Source: Curvularia clavata (Eukaryota). From it: a stretch of DNA of 64,000 nt. The DNA lies in contig CP089275.1 in NCBI GenBank assembly GCA_023920165.1, positions 1,922,001 to 1,986,000 of the forward strand. The letters run 5' to 3'. Numbering within the stretch: position 1 is the stretch's first letter; every line of letters begins with the position of its first letter. The position numbers and the translations under genes were made by a program. The notes under the pieces were generated by a model that was not told the origin of the DNA, ran no database searches, and worked only from the letters and a program-made list of their open reading frames with translations. Of the stretch, positions 1-11,400 are shown one piece after another.

Positions 1-29
1 AACAGGGTGGGGACAGGAAAACCAGCTTT

Positions 30-848
30 ATGGATTTGCGGAGTTCATACCCAGCTATTGATCAACGGAAGCTTCTTGAGCTTGTGAAAGGTGGCTTTCG
101 CGACTGCGACTACTTCGAGATCAAGAATTGTGACGATAGCGCCCTGGCTGCGGAGATTATTGAAGCAGTGTCCAAAGGCCTATCTATGAGCCTGGACACT
201 TTCCGTTCTCACCTGGAAAGCCACGCTCGCCACGCCGAAGCCTCTTTTAAATCAGGGGACATCACAGAATGCGCCAACCTCTGTGCTGCAGGCATCGAAC
301 TGGTTCAGCGCGTCCGTTCCAACGGTTCGCTCATGCCCAAGCTGCGTGATGAAGGGCTGCGAGATTGTGTCGATGTGAGCAAAGCAAATTACGAGCTGCA
401 TCATCTTTTAGCACAATGTATATTCGCATACCTTCCTACACTAATGGACGGGTCGGCCGAGGCTGGTAAGGAAGGGCGCATCTCCAATATTGCCCAATAT
501 CTCAGGGGCCTATTCCAATGGTATGACTCAAGGGCGTATGGCTTCCTACCGCGATACCGTCTTTCAGGTGACGACCAAGCGGCAGCTTGTTATATGAGAG
601 CAAAAGTCCATCGGCTTGGTCTCGAGTACTGTGGATCATCGTTTGACCCCGAATTTATAGAACACATCCAGAAGGCTCTGAGGCTTGAGCCCGAAAACGT
701 TGATTATAAGCAAGAGCAGGAGAAAGCAATTATATGGCATCAGGACAACGCGAGATATCTTGATTGGTTGCGTGAGACCGACTGTCGGGAGTTTCGTACT
801 ATGCCGCGATGGAGGGAAGAGATTGATCATTCGAAATATCTACTTTGA
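30..848 (+). CDS. Hypothetical helical protein with a possible TPR-like C-terminal segment (may be 5'-partial)
   Basis: 272-aa ORF at the window edge. AACYMRAKVHRLG...IQKALRLEPENVDYKQEQEK resembles a TPR-type helix pair. No family recognised. Confidence 0.5.
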   Translation: MDLRSSYPAIDQRKLLELVKGGFRDCDYFEIKNCDDSALAAEIIEAVSKGLSMSLDTFRSHLESHARHAEASFKSGDITECANLCAAGIELVQRVRSNGSLMPKLRDEGLRDCVDVSKANYELHHLLAQCIFAYLPTLMDGSAEAGKEGRISNIAQYLRGLFQWYDSRAYGFLPRYRLSGDDQAAACYMRAKVHRLGLEYCGSSFDPEFIEHIQKALRLEPENVDYKQEQEKAIIWHQDNARYLDWLRETDCREFRTMPRWREEIDHSKYLL

Positions 849-1199
849 GATGCAGCAGCACAAGACTAGTTGATGGCTCATCAGGGCGTTGTACAGCGAC
901 AAAGGTTGTTGTCAGTCGAGTTTGTACCTGGTTGCTAGACTAAGATTCCTTGAAGAAATTCTAATAATGAGCTCACGATCATTATGCTTTTTCTTAAGGT
1001 ACGCAGGGTGAAGTGCATTCAATTTTGACCAGTTTATTCAGGCGTATGTTTATACGGGGAGACTGCATGAGCACTGCGTGGTGCTGTTAAATAAGAGAGC
1101 CTACTTGATTGTCAAGCACCAGTTGCTGCATTGGATCAGGTATCCAACCTCTAGCAGAGTCAAGATTCTATCCTGTTGTTGGCGAAAATTTAAGATTGA

Positions 1200-1760
1200 A
1201 ATCAAAGGGCTACAGAGCAAGACATCAGGGTAAAGAGCGTAATGATAGGATCACAGTACGAAGATTGAACACGCTCGATGACTTGTAAAGCGCGAAGGTT
1301 ATTTGTCCCCCAGATAAGGAGAAGCCCCTATCTAGTGCGCTTAGTAGAAACATTAGCAGTGATATTTGTATCTTATAATTATATAGGCCTGCGCTAGTAA
1401 CTGCCAAATTTCTAGACACCCAGTATACAAGTCTAAGGATAGTAGTGCTAGGCCATCCAGTCTATGGCACCAGAACTCTAATATATAGTCTACTATACTA
1501 AAACTCCGATATATCATCAATGCGATAAGGTTTTAATAGGGTAGATGCTAAGGCCCTAATACAGACGCCTGTTTATCAGAGGAACAAATAACTTTTGTTG
1601 TTGTAAAGCCTACAACGCAAATCCAGGCCCATAGGTACATAAGGCTAAGATATCGCAGTCCGCCCAGTTCTCGACGGCTTTAAGAGGTCTGATTGCCAGA
1701 AGAATGCATTGTCAGAAAACCATTTACCTAATCAAGGTAATTTATACAAGTCTAGCTCGC
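1200..1760. mobile_element. AT/TpA-rich degenerate tract, probable RIP-mutated repeat relic
   Basis: Dense TA/TAG (e.g. ctaaggatagtagtgctagg, ctaatatatagtctactatacta), no convincing ORF, and an internal degenerate inverted repeat at 1293-1317/1573-1597. Boundaries approximate. Confidence 0.4.
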
Positions 1761-3492
1761 CGCAATTGTCGGCCCAAGCGACTTGCGTTGTTAGGTAGGC
1801 GACGATACTAGATAGTGTCTTGGCGGTTCCGAGGAATCTAAATCAGGAGAAAGTGTCAAATCTTGGCAGAATGCCAGACTCAACAACAAGCCGTCCAACT
1901 GGAAATCGGGATTTCCGCTGGAGTGCTAGATGGAGCAGGAATAGCTGAGTCCGAGTCTCCAATATGAAAATATCGTATGTTATGGAAAATCCACGCCCCA
2001 ATGCAGTCCCGACTTCAGGATCATATACATACTCGGTCGAACATCTCGGGTATACTTGACTCTGCGAGCATATGTAGCGCCTTCAATAAGCCAAGCACCC
2101 ACCATTCCCCACCTCTAGGCGACGGCGCTCGAGCAAATTACGCTCATATTGATGAAAATAGAACTGAGTCGCGGAAGTTGTTGAGCGATACTGTCCAAAT
2201 TGCTAAGTGTCATTGTGAGTTGCAGAAAGCAAGTCTCTCAATCCCAAACGCGATATGGTCACAGAAGATGTATTCGGCGCATATTCTGTTCGGCATGGAT
2301 TGAGGATTTTCTGTACATGCTCGCTGATTTTCACTATAGACACCCATGTCCATCGCGACCGCTTTCCGCCGCCCCCAACACCGTCCCTTTGCGCCACAGC
2401 CATGTGCCTGGCTCGCTCCCGTTCCAATGCTTTGGTTGACCAATTATTTTCTCCATGCGAAACCATTTGTGGAAAGGCGCACACGCCATTTGGAGACTAG
2501 TCATATGGCGCTTCGCTAGTCAGGGCATCGAATACGGCAACACCTCGGTCTCGCGAAGTCAAGATAGGCGAACACAATAGCACTACGACTACGAGAGCGT
2601 TCGGCGGGCTCGGACGTTCTTTTGCAGACATGGGCTTTTTGCACGGAGCCGGTAAGCCACCAATAAGAAGCTAATCGTATGCTTTTTCCTAACTAAATAG
2701 GTACCATGTTCCCGAGAATATCGCCCATGTCCGCAAATCTCCACCAGACACCAGTCTCTCCTAATATGCCATGGCTAGAATTTCCATATCGGCTAGCTGA
2801 ACAATTTTGATATCCATGTATTACTGAATTAGGGGTTCTTTTTGCTTATGTTTAGTCCGTCGTAAGTCAGCTTTGTGGTTAGCATCATGTTTGTATCCAC
2901 TCCTACCACTGCGCGAGTTCTGTCCCCGGTCAATTTGCTCGCTTGAGTGCGCTCGAGGCATACACACCACCTGTTCTAGCTCAGTGACGAACCCTAAAAA
3001 GGTTCGTTCGCCAAGGGGCATAGTCTTGGCAAAGGGTGGAAGTAGTGTCTTTTCGGTGTCAAGCGATGAGACTGTCGTAGGTTAGCACTCTACAGAGGGC
3101 AGTTATGCAAGACAAACGGCTAAGAGCTGGTTCCAGCCCCTAAGGTCTAGAATCCGCAGCTTTCTTGCGCAAGGCTAGCTTAACCGCCTTCCCTCGGCAT
3201 AGTAAGCTCTCAGTCCTCGCTCAGTTCACCAGTGCGTCCTCGAGTCACTACCCACATACTACTTCTGGCGGCTGAGCTGAAAGAATCTGGCGGCGAGGCT
3301 CATCGGAATCAGTTCACGACATTTGGAGGCGGACGCCACACATCCAGTTTTTCGGCAGCTCCGTTGGAATGTCTTTGCTCTGCTTATACGTGATTAACTA
3401 TAAAGCTCGTCAGTGATCCAAGACAAAAGAATCATCCAGCACCATTCGGTTCTCTCATCTCCTCGGCCTGGTTCTATCTCTTACCATTCATC

Positions 3493-5599
3493 ATGCATCC
3501 AGTTCAAGCTTTCGCGGCCTTGGCCATGACAGGCTGCGCAGCAGCTCTACCTCAATTACTCCCCCTTGAAGAAGTTGCAGCAATCCCTGGAGCCCCAATT
3601 GAGAAAGCCCCGCTTGGTGAGGGTGCTGGTACTCAAGTTATCCCGTATACACCTGATCCAGTGGTTTCTGGCACATATGCCTCTGTCCTTGCGGATCCCG
3701 CCTCTGCAAGCAAGAAAGTTGAGCGCAGGGGCTGGGACTGTTCAGATCAGCCTCTGGGAAAGGGCCCTGTCCCCACTCCTGATACCCCAGAAGCTTTCTT
3801 GGCCATGGATGAGATCTCCGATGCCGCCAACAATGCGCCTACACCTTCCGGCTATGCGCTCAAGTTCAAGAACCTGAAGGCCAGCAACAACGCCATTGGT
3901 TACCTTGGCTACAACACCCTCGACACCTATGACACTCAAGCCTGTGCGGACTTCTGTACTGCCAAGGAGGGCTGCTCCTCTTTCAACATCTGTATGTGTT
4001 ATCCATCATAGTATTAATATCCACTAACGTCATCCATAGACTTTGAGAGAGATCCCTCTGTAGTCCCCGCTGATGCCTGCCCCAATCCTGCCAGTACCAC
4101 TGTTATCAAATGTGTAATGTGGGGCAGCTATATCGGTGCCAGCACAGCTGTCAATGATGGACAGTGGCGTAATGATTTCCATGTCGTTATCGCTGGATCC
4201 AATGGTATGCATACACTCGTCAAGAAACGAGTAAAGTGTATTGACTAACGATGTTTAGGCTACGTCGATGAACGGGTGCCAACTGTTCCCGGCTACAGCG
4301 GCGAGTACCTGAACAATGTCGCAATTAACGCCCCAAGCGACTGCAATGGCGACGACACTGTACGTACTAAACACTGCCTTCTCATGTAGCGTGCTAACTT
4401 CATTTAAGTACATGGGATACAAGCTATTCAACGATGGCAAGCCGTTTGATGCCCAGCGTTGCGCTGCCGCATGCGAAGCCGAGAGCCAGTACAATATCGA
4501 CCATCTCAACTCTCGCATGCTTTGCAAGTTTTTCAACACCTATGTCCTGAACAAGAATGGTGAGCCACAAGGCCAGTACTGCTCCATGTATACCCAGAAG
4601 TGGGACAAGACTTATGCGGTCAACGACGGCCAGTGGAGGGGTGACGACCACTACACGATTGAGTACAGCTACTCGTTCTCCAACACCGCCGATCCCGGCA
4701 AGCCTAAACTCCCTTGCGATGTCGCCGCTGCAAAGACTGCTATTATTTCCTCGTCTCTGCAGCCCTTCTGCTCGACCCTTCTTGGATACACTACTCCAGT
4801 TTCGACCGTTGTCCAGACCCAGTTTACTACTGTGCCTGCTTCTACTCAGGTCAGCACCCTCACGCCTGTAACAACCACTACCACGACAACCACTCTGGCT
4901 CCCAAGAAGCGCGATGTCAGTCCCGAAACACCAGCGGCACTCGCCACCTTTGCACCCACTGCTATCTCTGCGGCTTGCAGTCTTCAAGCTACACCGGTTA
5001 CTGAGACCGCCACCACGTCCACTACCACCATCGCTACTGTCTCGTCTGGAACTACTACAACTACCACCACTCTGGCTACCTCAACCATGACTGTTACTTC
5101 AACGGCCACCCCAGCACCTACCTGCACTGCTAGCGGTGTTAATCTGATCCAGAACAGCGGCTTCGAAAACGGCATGTCTTCCTGGAATCAGGCCATCTAC
5201 GGCGCCAACACTGCTCCAACTAAGTGGGGCACCGTCGGCGGTGGCTTCAACAGCGGCGCCTGCTACCTGCTCTCCTCCGGCAGCGCAGGCACGGGCACCA
5301 CTTTGACCCAGTCAATCTCCGGCCTGACTCCCGGTGTCACCTACACCTTTACGTACATGTACCACCACACCAGCTCCCCAGCCAGCTCCATAAACTGTGG
5401 CTTCCCTGACCAGAGCTTCTCTTCGCAGTCTATCACGGGTGACTCGAGCACAGTGGGTAGGTGGACCGGCGGTCCTTCGGTGTATGGGAATGTTAGGAAT
5501 ACGTTTGTGGCTAAGTCGTCCTCGACGACGCTCCACTGCACCCTTATTTCTAGAGGAGCCGTGGATATCCGCATTGATGATTTCAGGCTCGCTTGTTAG
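3493..5599 (+). CDS. Secreted modular protein: two Cys-rich Apple/PAN-like repeats, Thr-rich linker, C-terminal CBM-like domain
   Basis: Signal peptide MHPVQAFAALAMTGCAAA. Exons 3493-3991, 4040-4204, 4259-4359 and 4409-5599 join in frame via GT-AG introns with CTAAC branch sites. Spliced motif FNIYFERDPS...CPNP...IKCVMWG...NDGQWRNDFHVVIAGSNGY is typical of a fungal secreted family. NLIQNSGFENG begins a CBM_4_9-like domain. Confidence 0.8.
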
Positions 5600-6451
5600 A
5601 TGAGATCGGAACTATGGAGGCAGAGATGTCCTCTAACAAACAATCAGTAGTTAATGCGTAATTCTAATATATGAGCTCTTTCTTCCAAAGTTACCTTCCT
5701 GCTATACGTGAAGCCTTGATAGCTTCTTGCGACATAGGTCTCCCTGTTCAGAGAGAAAAGCACGCAAAGACCGGCTTTAAACAGAAATTCTGCAACAGCA
5801 CGACGGCGTGAAGTTTATTATCACGTGATGTGCAAGGAAGAGGGCGTAAGGTTAGCACGACTGCCATATTGCATTAGTGGCGCTGTCTGTCACGACACAA
5901 AAACTTTGTACAACGTAAGACATTATTATTTCAATCTTATCACTGCTCGCAGCGTCGAGTCCTTGGGTGCAATACATGTGAATATGCAAGTGATGTGGCG
6001 GCTTGCAAATCACAATGTCTTGGGTAGTGTTTTAGTTGGTAAAATAGTTGCCATGGCCCATTCTCTCTTCATGTGCTCTATGGTACATGGTTTCAGGCTT
6101 ATATGATGTGAGCTAGCATGTGCCAAGCAAATGACACTGTACTGGGAGCCGCAGAAAGCCTTCATTTTGCGCTAGCAAAAGAGCTTGTGCTTGACATAGT
6201 AATTACGGATGAGCTCTGATAGTCATTGATGGTTGGCGAATGCTGAAGTGATGCATCGGCCTTTCCAAGTTGTATTTATGCACCAGCTGGAATGGAGAGC
6301 ATCTAGTGTGGTAGCTGGTATTAAGCTGCGTAGCACGTCCCATGGGGAAAGTCCTTAAGATGACCATGGAAGTCCGTGAGACTATTCGGCTTTCCGCTGG
6401 TGCTGGTGACAGTTGTACGGTTATTTGAAGAAGTAGCGCACGCAACCTGCT

Positions 6452-7054
6452 TCAGGTCTCATTCTTCTTCCGTTCTCCCTGCGCATCAAAACCAAGGGTA
6501 TCCAGTTGACGGATCAGCTCGTTGATTTTGATGACTTTCTCAAACTGCTCCGGAAGCAGTTTATCACCTTTCTCCTTCTTATCCTTGAGCTCACGAGCCT
6601 GTCTTAACTTCTTAGCAAGCTTTTTGGCTTCCTTCTCTTTCTCGACCTCCGGATCAACAACCTTTTCGGGCTCAGGATTTGCGCTTGCCTGGTCCTTGTT
6701 TTCAGCAGGCTTGTCCGCGGGCTCTTCTTTGTTGTCGACTACAGAAGCAGCGGCCTTCTTCCTGGCTTCTCTGCGCTTGGCGTTCTTGTTTGCAGCCGGG
6801 CTTGGTTTGGTGGTGTTGTCCTCTTTGCTTAGACCCTCAGCACCCGGTACACCACCTTTACCGCGGTTCCGGAATCCCTCAGCCGTGCGGTTTTTGTAGA
6901 GTTCAACGTCTTCGGGCGGGCGGTAGCCTGGGCGCACTCGGATTTCTTTGCGTATGGAGCCATCCGACCGGACAGAAGCAGGAATATGGCGCTCACCGGT
7001 AGCCGATGTGGTAATGCCGGCCTTAGAGACGGCGGGGGTGGCTGTCGAAGGCAT
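6452..7054 (-). CDS. PYM1: WIBG/PYM family Mago-Y14-binding exon-junction-complex disassembly factor
   Basis: N-terminal Mago-binding motif GERHIPASVRSDGSIRKEIRVRPGYRPPEDVELYKNR and C-terminal KKLAKKLRQARELK...LLPEQFEKVIKINELIRQL coiled coil. Confidence 0.9.
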   Translation of the reverse strand: MPSTATPAVSKAGITTSATGERHIPASVRSDGSIRKEIRVRPGYRPPEDVELYKNRTAEGFRNRGKGGVPGAEGLSKEDNTTKPSPAANKNAKRREARKKAAASVVDNKEEPADKPAENKDQASANPEPEKVVDPEVEKEKEAKKLAKKLRQARELKDKKEKGDKLLPEQFEKVIKINELIRQLDTLGFDAQGERKKNET

Positions 7055-7389
7055 GGCGTCGGCGTTTGTAACTCAGGGCGTAGGACAGTCGCGACCGTTT
7101 AGAGTGTGTCAATTGTTCGAATGAAGCCTGTTCGAATTCTTTCCAGCCCGTGGCCGTGCACCTGGATACTGTCGGGGTAGGCTGCCGGCAGGCAATGTGA
7201 TGATGGTAGTGGTGGGGGTGAAAGGAAAGTGAAGGCCAAGCGGTAGCCGCGAACAGCCAATCAGCGTAGCGTAAATCCCCGTGACGCGAGAGCTTCAATC
7301 TTGTCGACGAACCTCGCCCTTTGACACCGACAGTAAAGTACCACCACATCCCGCCACACAGCCTACCAAGCCCTCTCGACACACCCAAA

Positions 7390-7808
7390 ATGTCTGGCGT
7401 AAGTTAATTGATGCAACAATGGTCTTAGGTGCCCGCTAACAGCCCCGTACAGATGCTCGGCACTGTCTACAAGCAAGTCTTCGCGCATATCCTTCAACCG
7501 ACTACAACTGACCATTGACTACAGCGCGGTCCTCCGCAGCAACACTACCATGCTGTTCACCGTCTTCGGTGCCGCTTTCGGCCTTCAACTGTACGTCGCA
7601 AGGACCCGGGTATCTGATTGCGGAAGGGACGGAAGCTGATGGGAGACAATAGGGCGTTCGACACCACCTCCGACAAGATCTGGGACAGCGTCAACCGCGG
7701 CGTATGTAATATTTGCTGATCGAGGGTGATATGGGCTAACGCAGTCGACAGCGACAATGGAAAGACATCAAGCACCGATACATGGAGGCCGCCGAGGACG
7801 ACGAGTAG
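7390..7808 (+). CDS. QCR9: Cytochrome b-c1 complex subunit 9
   Basis: Manual splicing of exons 7390-7398, 7453-7472, 7525-7590, 7653-7701 and 7752-7808 gives MSGMLGTVYNAVLRSNTTMLFTVFGAAFGLQLAFDTTSDKIWDSVNRGRQWKDIKHRYMEAAEDDE. The W..N.G+QWKDIK signature is that of QCR9/UQCR10. Intron 2 is GC-AG. Confidence 0.92.
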
Positions 7809-8497
7809 GAAAAGCGACTAGACCACGACTCCTGCACGACATAGATTTCTCTTTGCGGTTCTTGGGGACGGCCACAATTTATGGCAGTGTATTGTACAGC
7901 ATGCGAAATACAAATTCGAGGTGGTGATCCTCAATTCGTTATGTGCAGTTGCGCTGAGGAGCCCTGGCTCTGCAAGGCCGAGATTGATACGTGCTTGAAT
8001 CTCCGTGATTTGCTAGTTGTCGGGAATGGTGCCGTCATGTTGTGCAGGGTTGTCTGGTAATGTAGAAGAAGTCATGCATACCCAAGCGGAGTCTAGTAGC
8101 GAAGACACAAATAGATAGTGCCCTTGTTTGAAACTATTGACCAGAGTGACGCACCCGTCTGCTGTAGGAGTGCACATGATGCAACCTACCCGTCTTTTGC
8201 TCTTAGTGAAGCGATAGCGTGTACTCGAAGGCAAGCGCTCCTGGTGGTGGTGGCGGTGGGCGAGGCTCGGGGGTCCGCCCTACGCAGACCTCACCTCCAA
8301 ACTTATGACATAGCGTTCGCATCCAAGTCGTCTGCCTTACCACAGAGACCCAAGCAATCACGCAACCCTCACTCACGTGGCAGGTCCACACCAACCACTG
8401 CCAACACGCACCTTGCTTTTGCCATCCTTGATATCGGTTCCCATCGCGTTCACGGGCCATCTGACAACCCCGCCATCCCGCCTGCGGGAGCTGCAAC

Positions 8498-11400
8498 ATG
8501 TACATGTCGTTACACGAACAAGAACTATGCCGACAGCTGCGCGAACTGCCAAGACGACACAACTATCGCTTCGAACTCGCTGCTGATCGTGAGCTGCGCG
8601 AGATACTCTTCCGATCACTAGCCGGCCGAGACGACTTCCTACCTCTCTTCTTTCCAAATGGGCCGCAAACCGACAGCGAGAAGCCATGGAGCCTGCGCGA
8701 TGCACAGGGCGCAGTAGAGGGCGCAGAATACACGGCGGCGGCGAGGGGGAAGCCATGTGGTCATATCTTCAAAAACGGCGAGGCTACATACCGGTGTAAG
8801 ACATGCACTGCCGACGATACGTGTGTTCTATGCGCCCGCTGCTTCGATGCATCAGACCATGAGGGCCACCAGGTGTTTGTTAGTGTCTCGCCTGGAAACT
8901 CTGGCTGCTGCGACTGTGGAGACGACGAGGCGTGGGTGCGGCCTGTACACTGCAACATACACTCGGCCGACCCAGGCCACGAGTCTAAGGCGGCTGGCAA
9001 GGCTCGGGAGGGCACCATGCTACCCGATGAACTCGTCGAGACAATACGCATTACCATTGCCCGAACTATAGACTACCTCATCGATGTCTTCTCCTGTTCC
9101 CCTGAACAACTGCGCCTGCCCAAAAGCGAAGAGTCGATCAGACAGGACGAGCGCAACTCGCGCCTCACTTCGAGATGGTATGGCTCTGAAGCACAGTCTG
9201 AAGAGTGTGATGAATACTGTTTGGTACTATGGAACGATGAGAAGCATACGGTCAATGATGTCAGAGACCAAGTCGCACGCGCATGCAAACAGAAACTGGC
9301 TTTTGGCCTTGCAAAGGCTTATGAGATAAACGACGTGGGGCGCAGTGCGATCGTATATCGAACAGATATCAGAGATCTTCTCAGGATGGCCAAAGTAATT
9401 GAAGAGATCAAGCTGACAGTCACAATCCGATCTGCTCGAGACACGTTCAGGGAACAGATGGGTGGTGCCATTATCGAGTGGATTTCGGATATTGCGGGGT
9501 GCAGCGTCGGCGAAGATAGCCAAATACTGAGACGCACTGTTTGTGAGGAGCTGCTGAAGCCATGGCGGGTTGGTAGCGAGGCATCAAACCAGGGCATTGG
9601 CAAGAACGGTCTTGACGATCATGAGATGGAGGACAAGGAAGCTGAGATGGACGGCTTCTTCAGCGGCCTGTTGCCCATACAACGACGCGCCCGAATTATC
9701 CGCGTCCAGCGACAACGAACTGCAGATGCTACTGACGACACCACTGGCTCAGACGATGACGACGAGGATGATGAGGGCGAGCCTGCAGCCGATGCCCAAG
9801 ATGATATGGACATCGACGAGGTTGGCGCTCAGGATGAAGATGGCGATGTCGAAATGGAGGCGTACGAAAGTGCAGACGAGACGCTTGACGCAGCTGAAGC
9901 GCCCATGGCAGGCTATCCTGCTCCACCACCGCCTCCACCTCCACCTCAGCAAACCCAGCGCGGGCAGCTCGAACAGAGTGTGACACCCGCAGAGTCTGAT
10001 AGTGAACCAATGGTTGGCGCACCGTCACTTAGCCATGTCGAGCCCATGTTGCCAGTCCCCGAGACACCACACACTCGGACGTTAACACTGCGGCCTGCTC
10101 GGCCTGCCAAGTACTGGTTGGAGAAGCCTGAAAATTACGGAAAGAAACCTGGGACTCCTCCTCACGAAGATCTGTGGCAGCGCCTGCGGCTTGACTACCT
10201 CATACTGTACGACTTGCGGATGTGGAAACAATTGCGCATTGGCATACGCGATGTTTTCATTAGCACGGTTGTCACGATTCCAGAGTTCAAGCGCTTGCTA
10301 GGTCTCCGTTTTGCGGGCGTCTACACTGCTCTTGCCCAACTATATCTCATCGCGGATCGCGAGCCGGACCACTCTATCATCAACCTGTCTCTCCAGATGC
10401 TCACGACTCCATCAATCACATCAGAGGTTGTCGAACGAGGCAACTTTCTCACAAATCTCATGGCCATTCTCTACACCTTTCTGACTACACGTCAAGTCGG
10501 CTACCCCTCGAACGTCGACCCAAAAGCAACATTGGCTTTTGAGCAAGGAGCTGTGACCAACCGACGCATGTACCACTTTTTCCTGGACATGAAGTATCTT
10601 CTAGGGTCAGAATTTGTCCAGGAGAGAATTCGTGAAGAGCCACGGTACCTTTTACAATTCCTTGATCTTGTCAAGCTTCACCAAGGTATCTGTCCCAATG
10701 TTCGACAGGTGGGCGAGCACCTGGAGTTTGAGTCCGAAGCCTGGATCAGTGCGTCCCTGATCACCCGGGAAATCAACAAGCTGTGTAGACATTTTGCAGA
10801 ATCTTTTGCCTGGAATCGCGACGAAGATCCGTCCAATATCCAGCGTGCAATACGCGCAGCCGCAAAAGTGGCGATTGTTAATTCACTGGGTGCCGAACGC
10901 AAACGTTTCGACCAGACTGAACTGAAAGATGAGACCAAATTCAAGCCCCTCGATATTCTTGAATTTCATTCCGAGCCAAATTCACCAAGGCAGTCATACA
11001 AGATCGTCGACTACGTTGTTGCCACTCAACCGATGAGCTTTCACCATGCGCTTCATTATACTGTGTCATGGCTCATTGATCGAGCCCGGAGCATGGATCG
11101 TGAAGACATTTTGCGATTACTTCTATTTTCTCACAGCGAATTACAGATGGAGGCTGGTCCAGCTGTCGCGCCTATCCCTATCCATGAGCCTGAGGACTAC
11201 CTACTCGCCATGTTCGACTTCCCACTTCGAGTGTGTTCGTGGTTGGCTCAGATGCGCGCAGGAATATGGGTGAGGAATGGCATCACATTGCGACACCAGA
11301 TGACTCAATACCGGAGTGTGTCGCAACGAGACGTTTCCCATCAGCGAGATATCTTCCTCTTACAGTCTGCTCTTGTGTTGTGTGACCCATCGGTCTTCCT

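Noticed and set aside
1977..3100. Several 65-108 aa ORFs as a gene or transposon
   Set aside because: No transposase/RT motifs, terminal repeats or coherent splice model.
9730..9960. Acidic and poly-Pro low-complexity stretch in UBR1
   Set aside because: A disordered insert in an intact frame, not a separate element.
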